From contig CAZBZO010000002.1 in assembly GCA_964496425.1 (NCBI GenBank), positions 130,450 to 194,449 of the forward strand: DNA of 64,000 nucleotides, read 5' to 3'. This document shows, in pieces, positions 58,013 to 64,000 of this stretch. The translations under genes were made by a program, and so were the position numbers. The notes beneath the pieces were generated by a model. The model was not told where the DNA came from. It did not search any database and saw only the letters and a list, made by a program, of their open reading frames with translations. The number at the start of each line of letters is the position of its first letter. Position 1 is the first letter of the stretch. The stretch comes from an uncultured Candidatus Saccharibacteria bacterium (GTDB lineage: Bacteria > Patescibacteriota > Minisyncoccia > Phycocordibacterales > UBA9973).

Positions 58013-58477
58013 TTAAATTTCCTCCCCTACCTCAAGAAGAATAGGGCTAGAAAATTTGCTACGGGGGGTGAGAAATTCATTTATTAACTCAAAATCATCA
58101 TGATGCTGTATTGATCGGAGCTTATTTTTCTCATTTGCTTTTATCAATACCGTTTTCATGTCATTTTCAAACTTTTTAAAATGAGTCATTTGAATTGTTG
58201 CTGTAAAATGGTTTTCAATGCATTCTTTAAATGCTTTTACTTCAAATTTAAAAAGTTCTTTTGCTACTTCGCTTTTCATCTCTGAACATATTGCAACATG
58301 ATCATAAGCACTCACAGCTCCCATAAATGAACCTGGGTGCTTTTCCCAAAATTCTCTTATTTGTTTCAAAATCCTCTTTAAGCTTCGAGGAATTTCTTTT
58401 TTCTTTTCTTCTTTCTTTTTCCGGCGCATAAGTGTAGATTTAGAAGGTGAATGTATGGGGTATGTCAAATTTAGCAA
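58013..58477 (-). CDS. Hypothetical protein (basic N-terminus)
   Basis: 154-aa ORF immediately downstream of tRNA-Gly and its remnant copy. Confidence 0.4.
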   Translation of the reverse strand: MLNLTYPIHSPSKSTLMRRKKKEEKKKEIPRSLKRILKQIREFWEKHPGSFMGAVSAYDHVAICSEMKSEVAKELFKFEVKAFKECIENHFTATIQMTHFKKFENDMKTVLIKANEKNKLRSIQHHDDFELINEFLTPRSKFSSPILLEVGEEI

Positions 58478-58523
58478 TTCAGTTTTTTACATATATTACA
58501 TCGTTGTAGATTGGAGTCAATAT

Positions 58524-58570
58524 TGTGTGGAATACGAGAATCGAGCTCGCGCCCGATGCTTGCTCGGTGA
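58524..58570 (-). pseudogene. Degenerate partial tRNA: a 3'-half copy resembling tRNA-Gly
   Basis: RC reads CACCGAGCAAGCATCGGGCGCGAGCTCGATTCTCGTATTCCACA. The T-arm GAGCTCGATTCTC is nearly identical to GAGTTCGATTCTC of the adjacent tRNA-Gly. There is no 5' acceptor strand or D-arm. Confidence 0.35.
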
Positions 58571-58575
58571 CAAAG

Positions 58576-58646
58576 TGCGGGATAGGAGAATCGAACTCCT
58601 GCCTCAACCTTGGGAAGGTCGCGTCCTACCACTAAACCAATCCCGC
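58576..58646 (-). tRNA. tRNA-Gly (anticodon CCC), 71 nt, CCA not encoded
   Basis: Hand-folded. Acceptor GCGGGAT/ATCCCGC. D-arm GTTT-AGTGGTA-GGAC. Anticodon arm CGACC-TTCCCAA-GGTTG. T-arm AGGAG-TTCGATT-CTCCT. Discriminator A. Confidence 0.85.
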
Positions 58647-58648
58647 AT

Positions 58649-59029
58649 TTATTTAAACAAATTCAAAAAGAAAGAAACGAAACGACCATGGGGCGCTTCA
58701 GTCGGTACTGCTTCACGGACTTCTTCTGGCTCCGTGATAACAATCATTTCTTCGCCGTTTTTTACAACAGGAAATTTTTCTCGGATGATACTTTCTACCC
58801 CTTCTTCAGTCCCAAGCAGTGCCACATTGGCTTCAAGCTCGAGTTTTTTTTGAGTAAGAGCATTTGCTTTTGCCTCTGCACTCGCACTCGCCTTGCCTGT
58901 CTCATACACTTTGTGAATCATTCCGATCAAACTATAGGACAAAAGGATTACGCCGCAGGCTAAAAGCACAAACATGAGCTTGGAGTATAGAAATGGGCTA
59001 GGTTGTTTGGTTTTTTGATATTGCGTCAT
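58649..59029 (-). CDS. Septum-formation-initiator-like protein (FtsB/DivIC-like: TM plus coiled coil)
   Basis: 126 aa with an N-terminal TM (FVLLACGVILLSYSLIGMI) followed by a coiled coil (ALTQKKLELEANVALLGTEEG). Confidence 0.45.
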   Translation of the reverse strand: MTQYQKTKQPSPFLYSKLMFVLLACGVILLSYSLIGMIHKVYETGKASASAEAKANALTQKKLELEANVALLGTEEGVESIIREKFPVVKNGEEMIVITEPEEVREAVPTEAPHGRFVSFFLNLFK

Positions 59030-59203
59030 ATCTTGCTATACTCCGGTAATATAAGGTAATCATACGAAGCTTTTCGTAATAATACAACTATGTTTTTCAA
59101 TCCACGACATCGAGGAAAAATAAAGATTATTTGGGGTATCCTGACAGTTCTCATCATCATCTCTATGGTGATGCTCTACGTGCCTATCTTTAAATAAATA
59201 CTC

Positions 59204-59231
59204 CTTAACTATCGTTTCCGCTTCGCATCAC
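59204..59231. repeat. Imperfect direct copy (24/27) of the lepA 3' terminus, 125 bp downstream of the real stop
   Basis: ttaactatcgtttccgcttcgcatcacc versus ttaactatcattaccgcttcgcatcatc at 59329-59356 (the lepA stop and last 8 codons). Confidence 0.6.
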
Positions 59232-59237
59232 CCCACA

Positions 59238-59272
59238 GGAAATTCCAAAACCTGATGCGCTTTGGAATTCCT
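59238..59272 (-). terminator. Strong 11-bp hairpin between the two lepA 3'-end copies
   Basis: aGGAATTCCAAAacctgatgcgcTTTGGAATTCCt. Confidence 0.5.
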
Positions 59273-59328
59273 ACGGGGCAAGAAGTGAGGAATAACACCT
59301 CGTTGAACCACTTACATTCCTCTCAATA

Positions 59329-61137
59329 TTAACTATCATTACCGCTTCGCATCATCTTCAAAAAGACTTCATGCGGAATGTTAACCTTACTTGATTCTTT
59401 CATTTTGGCTTTACCGCGCTTTTGTTTCTCCAAAAGCTTTTTCTTACGAGATACGTCGCCGCCGCCTACCACCTTACTGCCGTGCATAAGGACGTCCTTC
59501 CTGAAGGCTTTGATGGTTTGGCTCGCCATAATGCGTCCAAGTGCAACTGCTTGAACTTTCATTTCAAACTGTTGGCGAGGCATGATGGTATGAAGTTTTT
59601 CTACTGCTTGATCAGCTTCTTTTTCTGCACGCCGACGTGAGATGACTCGCGTAAACGCTGGCACCACTTCCCCTGCGATCAAAATATCAAGTCGCGTCAC
59701 TTCAGCTGGACGATTTTCCGCAAATTCGTATGAGATAGACGCGTAGCCCGATGTCAGGCTTTTCAAGTCGTCAAAAAATCCGCGCATCATTTCACGAAGC
59801 GGCATTTTGACTTTGACGGATGAGCGGTTGTCGCCAAAATTTTCTGTTTCGCCGACTTCACCTTCATGATCGTAGAGAAATGGCATCAGGACTCCGAGGT
59901 ATGCTCCCGGGGTGATGATCGTGACCGCGATCCATGGCTCCGAGACCGCACTTATATCACCGTCCCCTGGAAACAAATGCGGTGAATATACAATGACTTG
60001 TTTTCCATTTCTCAAAGTCACTGAGTAAGTAATCGAAGGAGTCGTAATAACAAGATCGAGAGAAAATTCTCGTTTCAATCGTTCGGTAATAATTTCAAGA
60101 TGGAGCATACCCAAAAACCCGCAGCGAAATCCCCGACCGAGAGAGCCGGATGTTTCCTCTTCAAATGAAAAAGCTGAGTCTGAGAGTTTGAGTCGGCCAA
60201 GTGCCATCCGAAGCGCGGTGAAGTCATCAGCAGATTCTGGATAGACGCTGGCCCAGACCACAGGGCGTGGCTCTTGATATCCTGGAAGCTCAGGGCTTGG
60301 ACGCTTTGCACTGGTGATAGTATCTCCCACTGATGCAATGCCGGGCTTTTTGATACCAGTCACTATATAGCCGATTTCACCACTTCTAAGCTCATTTTTG
60401 GCCATTTCCTCGGGTTTGAAAACGCCGACTTCAAGTGCTTGGAAATTTTCTTTCGAAACAGCAAACATCAGCGGGTCACGGGCACGCATTTCGCCGCCAA
60501 AAATACGCGTATAGACAATGACACCTTTATGATCATCATATTTAAAATCAAACACCAATGCCTGCAAGCCGTCGGGAGTGACGACCGGCGGCGCAATACG
60601 CGTAATGAGTGCTTCCAAAAGATCGCGTACACCCTCACCTGTTTTTCCGGACACCATGAGGACAGTATCAGGATCGATATCTAAAAGTGAAGCGATTTCG
60701 AGTTTGGTTTCTACAATGCGCGCGAGTGGGGAATCTATTTTTGAAAGTACAGGAATAATAGTCAGGCCAGCTTCGCGCGCCATACCAAGTGTCGTAAGAG
60801 TTTGCGCTTGCACACCTTGTGTCGAATCCACAAGCAAAATCGAACCTTCAACAGCTTTAAGCGCTCGAGACACTTCATATGAAAAATCGATATGTCCGGG
60901 CGTATCGATAAGATTTAAAATATATTTTTTTCCGCCGCTTTCGTATTCCATCCGTACCGGCTGCATTTTGATGGTAATGCCGCGCTCGCGTTCAAGCTCC
61001 ATAGAGTCAAGCACCTGCTCTTTCATCCGACGTTCGGGGATCGTACCTGTCACTTCAAGCATACGGTCAGCCAGCGTGCTTTTGCCGTGATCAATGTGGG
61101 CGATGATGGAAAAATTTCTAATGTGTTGTAGGTCCAT
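59329..61137 (-). CDS. lepA: Elongation factor 4 (LepA)
   Basis: IRNFSIIAHIDHGKSTLADR G1 motif. EF-G-like domains plus the LepA-specific C-terminal domain. The likely start is MDLQHIRNF. Confidence 0.9.
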   Translation of the reverse strand: MDLQHIRNFSIIAHIDHGKSTLADRMLEVTGTIPERRMKEQVLDSMELERERGITIKMQPVRMEYESGGKKYILNLIDTPGHIDFSYEVSRALKAVEGSILLVDSTQGVQAQTLTTLGMAREAGLTIIPVLSKIDSPLARIVETKLEIASLLDIDPDTVLMVSGKTGEGVRDLLEALITRIAPPVVTPDGLQALVFDFKYDDHKGVIVYTRIFGGEMRARDPLMFAVSKENFQALEVGVFKPEEMAKNELRSGEIGYIVTGIKKPGIASVGDTITSAKRPSPELPGYQEPRPVVWASVYPESADDFTALRMALGRLKLSDSAFSFEEETSGSLGRGFRCGFLGMLHLEIITERLKREFSLDLVITTPSITYSVTLRNGKQVIVYSPHLFPGDGDISAVSEPWIAVTIITPGAYLGVLMPFLYDHEGEVGETENFGDNRSSVKVKMPLREMMRGFFDDLKSLTSGYASISYEFAENRPAEVTRLDILIAGEVVPAFTRVISRRRAEKEADQAVEKLHTIMPRQQFEMKVQAVALGRIMASQTIKAFRKDVLMHGSKVVGGGDVSRKKKLLEKQKRGKAKMKESSKVNIPHEVFLKMMRSGNDS

Positions 61138-61159
61138 GGATGTACTATACATGAATTCC

Positions 61160-62851
61160 TTACGCATGCACCTCCGGTGTATCGGTCGGAATGATTTTTG
61201 TTTTCCAGAATTTTTGATGAATGATATCTACAAGCGAGAAAAATTCTTTGTTTTTCATGAGCCAAAGCATAAAAATGCCAGCAGCGATACCTAGGATGCC
61301 CGCAAAAAATCCCTGCAAAAACACACCGATAAACGTCGTATTGGAAAAGATAAGAGCAAACAGCCCGAGTGCATGATAGGCGACAAAACCAATAAAAAAT
61401 GATGCAGCGAAGCTTTGAAATAGTGATTTTGTAAATGAAAAATCACTACCAGCTAGTATGTCTTTTTTAACTGAAAGCCATAGTAAAACAAAATTCACAT
61501 ACGAGCCCACGACAAATGCAAGTGGAAGCATTAAAATAGCTGTCCCTGGGATACCGTCAACACGAAAGAGTGATTCAAAAAAATACCGTGCGAAGGCATA
61601 ATGATTGAAGACATGAAGAAATAGGACTGCAGAAAATATTGTAACGATAGCGGCACACGAATTAATCCAGAGCGGCTTTGTCGTATTACCTGAAGCATAA
61701 TACGCACGGATTAAAATATTGATGAGATTTTGCGCCAAAAGCGACAGAGCAAACAGCCCGAGTGCCGCTGCCACCAAGCGCGTATCATCCCATGAAAATG
61801 CACCTGATCCTAAAACCACGCGCACGATCTGCGCACGCAATATCAAAAATAAAAACATGATTGGGAGCGACCAAAAAACCACCTGGCTGATCGTGCGCTC
61901 CAGTGTTTGTCTAAAACGCGCCATATCAGCGTTGTTTTTTGCTTGCACTAGTATTGGGAAAAGCGCGACCGCGTAGGAAATGCCGATGACACCCAAAGGC
62001 ACTGATTGGAGATTGAAGGAGAAATTAAAAATAGAAATAGAACCCGCTGGAAGAGTGGAAGCAATAGCAATAAGAACAATAATCGAAAAGCTAGAAAGCG
62101 ACAGTCCGATCGTACGTGGCAAAGAAATCTCGAATACCGTAAAGGCATGCTTAAAATTAAGCGTGCGAGCAATCCGCAGAGAAAACCCGGAAGTTTGAAA
62201 GGTCGGAAATTGAATGAAGAGGTGAAGTAGTGCGCCCGTGACAACACCGAGAGCGAGCCCCGGAAGACCGAGGAGAGGATAAAAAACAAATACTCCGAGC
62301 AAAATGCCGAGATTGTAAAAAAGTGGCGCGATAGAAAATACAAAAAATTTTCGAAACAACTGAGTCACCGTGCCTAGCATATTGGAAATTCCAAGAAATA
62401 TTGGGGAAAGAAGCATGATTCGAGAAGTCGAAATAAATCGCAAACGTTCTTCGGGTGAAAACCCTGGCACGACGATATGGGAAAGAAACGGCATTAAAAT
62501 AAAAACCAATGCTGAAACAAAAACGATTGTGATCAGAAACGCAGTCAAAATATTGCTGAAAAATTCTCTTGCTTCTGGCCCGACACTCCCCCCTCGAATT
62601 TTTTCTGAAAGAAATGGTAAAAGAATTGTTACCGACACAAGTGAGGCAACGGCCACATACAAAAAATCCGGTATTCGAAATGCTGCATAGTAAATATCAA
62701 GTGTTGGCGAGGGGCCGATAAAGTGCGCCAGTGCCCGGTCACGGATCAAGCCGAGGAACTGCGACAAAATAGAAAATACGCCGAGAAGAAGCGCGGTTGC
62801 ATTGATACTATTCCATTCTTTGTTAAATATTCCTAAAATTGTATTTACCAT
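61160..62851 (-). CDS. murJ: Lipid II flippase MurJ (MviN)
   Basis: 563 aa, about 14 TMs. The MurJ N-terminal pattern is LLGVFSILSQFLGLIRDRALAHFIGPSPTLDIYYAAFRIPDFLY. Confidence 0.8.
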   Translation of the reverse strand: MVNTILGIFNKEWNSINATALLLGVFSILSQFLGLIRDRALAHFIGPSPTLDIYYAAFRIPDFLYVAVASLVSVTILLPFLSEKIRGGSVGPEAREFFSNILTAFLITIVFVSALVFILMPFLSHIVVPGFSPEERLRFISTSRIMLLSPIFLGISNMLGTVTQLFRKFFVFSIAPLFYNLGILLGVFVFYPLLGLPGLALGVVTGALLHLFIQFPTFQTSGFSLRIARTLNFKHAFTVFEISLPRTIGLSLSSFSIIVLIAIASTLPAGSISIFNFSFNLQSVPLGVIGISYAVALFPILVQAKNNADMARFRQTLERTISQVVFWSLPIMFLFLILRAQIVRVVLGSGAFSWDDTRLVAAALGLFALSLLAQNLINILIRAYYASGNTTKPLWINSCAAIVTIFSAVLFLHVFNHYAFARYFFESLFRVDGIPGTAILMLPLAFVVGSYVNFVLLWLSVKKDILAGSDFSFTKSLFQSFAASFFIGFVAYHALGLFALIFSNTTFIGVFLQGFFAGILGIAAGIFMLWLMKNKEFFSLVDIIHQKFWKTKIIPTDTPEVHA

Positions 62852-62858
62852 ACATTCG

Positions 62859-64000
62859 CTATGCTACAACCAGATTGACCAGTTTGCCGGGCACGTAAAT
62901 AAAACGTTTGATTGATTTGCCAGCTAGATGAGTGTTGATCGCTGGTAGAGCAAGCACCAGATCTCTGACTTCCTCTTCTGAAGCGTTTTTGTTGGCCAGT
63001 ATCTCCCCGCGATTTTTACTATTGACCTGAACAATGATTTTGATAGTGTCGGATTCCAGAAGTGAGGGATCAAACGAAGGCCAGGAAGAAACGTGGATGG
63101 ATTTTTTCTCTCCTGCCATCATCCAAAGTTCCTCGGTAATATGCGGAGCAAAAGGAGCAAGAAGGCGAAGGAACATCTTCCAATTGTTTAGTGAAATGGC
63201 TTCAACTTTTTCCATCTCGTTCAAAAGTATCATCAATGCTGAAATAGCGGTATTGAAGCTCATGGTTTCAATATCTTCTCCAACTTTTTTAACTGTCTTG
63301 TGAAGCATCGTCTGGAAAGCTTGATTTTCAACTTTTGACTTTCCACTTTCAACTTTGACGCTCACTCGCCACACGCGCTCCAAAAATCTACGTGGGCCGA
63401 TCAAGGCTTCAGCGTTCCATGAGACAGGCTGGTCAAACGGCCCCATAAACATTTCGTACAAGCGAAGCGTGTCAGCGCCAAACATTTTCACTACATCCAT
63501 CGGATCAATACCATTACCTTTTGATTTTGAGATTTTAGAACCGTCGTCCGCTAAGATCAAACCATGCGACGTACGCTTAGCGTACGGCTCTGTAGTTGGC
63601 ACAAGCTTTATGTCGTAGAGAAATTTATGCCAAAACCGTGAGTAGAGTAAGTGAAGCGTGGTATGCTCCATGCCACCGTTATACCAATCGACTGGGGCGA
63701 AATAGTCGAGCGCTTTTTTAGAAGCAAATTCTTTTTTATTTTTTGGATCAACGTATCGCAAATAGTACCAAGAGCTCCCGGCCCAGTTGGGCATGGTGTC
63801 AGTCTCTCGCTTCGCTTGCCCCTTGCATATCGGACACTTTACGTTTACCCATTTTTTTATAGCAGCAAGAGGACTCTCCCCAGTATCGGTCGGCTGATAA
63901 CTTTTAACTTCAGGAAGCTTCACTGGCAAATCTTTTTCTGGCACTGGCACCCAGCCGTCTTTGGCACAGAAAATAAGCGGTATCGGCTCTCCCCAATATC
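62859..64000 (-). CDS. leuS: Leucine--tRNA ligase, C-terminal part (gene continues beyond the window end)
   Basis: KISKSKGN (KMSKS), MPNWAGSSWYYLRY and the LeuRS anticodon-binding region. The reading frame is open to position 64000. Confidence 0.8.
   Translation of the reverse strand, partial: YWGEPIPLIFCAKDGWVPVPEKDLPVKLPEVKSYQPTDTGESPLAAIKKWVNVKCPICKGQAKRETDTMPNWAGSSWYYLRYVDPKNKKEFASKKALDYFAPVDWYNGGMEHTTLHLLYSRFWHKFLYDIKLVPTTEPYAKRTSHGLILADDGSKISKSKGNGIDPMDVVKMFGADTLRLYEMFMGPFDQPVSWNAEALIGPRRFLERVWRVSVKVESGKSKVENQAFQTMLHKTVKKVGEDIETMSFNTAISALMILLNEMEKVEAISLNNWKMFLRLLAPFAPHITEELWMMAGEKKSIHVSSWPSFDPSLLESDTIKIIVQVNSKNRGEILANKNASEEEVRDLVLALPAINTHLAGKSIKRFIYVPGKLVNLVVA

Noticed and set aside
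58524-58570. A second complete tRNA gene adjacent to tRNA-Gly
   Set aside because: Only the anticodon-arm, T-arm and 3'-acceptor-like parts are present. There is no room for a 5' acceptor strand or D-arm before the tRNA-Gly 3' end, and T54 is replaced by C, so it was treated as a remnant.
59090-59170. Small plus-strand ORF (MFFNPRHRGKIKIIWGILTVLIIILW, 26 aa) downstream of lepA
   Set aside because: It is very short, has no RBS and lies in the region holding the lepA 3'-end duplicate, so there is not enough evidence for a gene.
1-64000. CRISPR array, cas operon, integrase, transposase or phage structural genes
   Set aside because: I scanned the intergenic regions and ORF translations and saw no regularly spaced repeats and no motifs of these families. 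The only Cas-like item is a solo Cas4-like nuclease.

Overview
The window is 64 kb, about 40% GC, and densely coded. Its gene content (short AlaRS and AspRS, an unusual ribosomal-protein cluster, a tRNA without encoded CCA, many small hypothetical proteins, short intergenic gaps that mostly end in hairpin terminators) suggests a reduced-genome bacterium, possibly CPR/Parcubacteria-like; that placement is inference. Almost all of the window is housekeeping genes: cell wall (murE, DD-carboxypeptidases, murJ), chromosome segregation (scpA, scpB), seven aminoacyl-tRNA synthetases (asp, trp, cys, ala, leu partial), a ribosomal and RNA polymerase block (infA, rpmJ, rpsM, rpsK, rpsD, rpoA, rplQ, rplM, rpsI), replication and repair (dnaB, recR, a DEDD exonuclease, rmuC, a lexA-dinB cassette with a Cheo-type operator), chaperones (dnaK, grpE, dnaJ, csp) and a Mg2+/metal transporter trio (NRAMP-like, CorA-like, MgtC). 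I found no CRISPR array, integrase or transposase. The less ordinary spots are: a LOG-like protein beside a PRTase-like protein, with a TrpR-like regulator; a 580-aa cysteine-rich multi-CxxC protein inside the cell-wall gene run; a fused L,D-transpeptidase/D,D-carboxypeptidase; tRNA-Gly(CCC) followed by a degraded 3'-half copy of itself and small orphan ORFs; two cases where a gene's 3' end is duplicated nearby (lepA and a winged-helix regulator); a palindromic operator between that regulator and dnaK, with no CIRCE element; and a GC-rich island upstream of aspS that looks like an RNA. All protein family calls rest on motifs I recognised by eye in the supplied translations and are not database hits.
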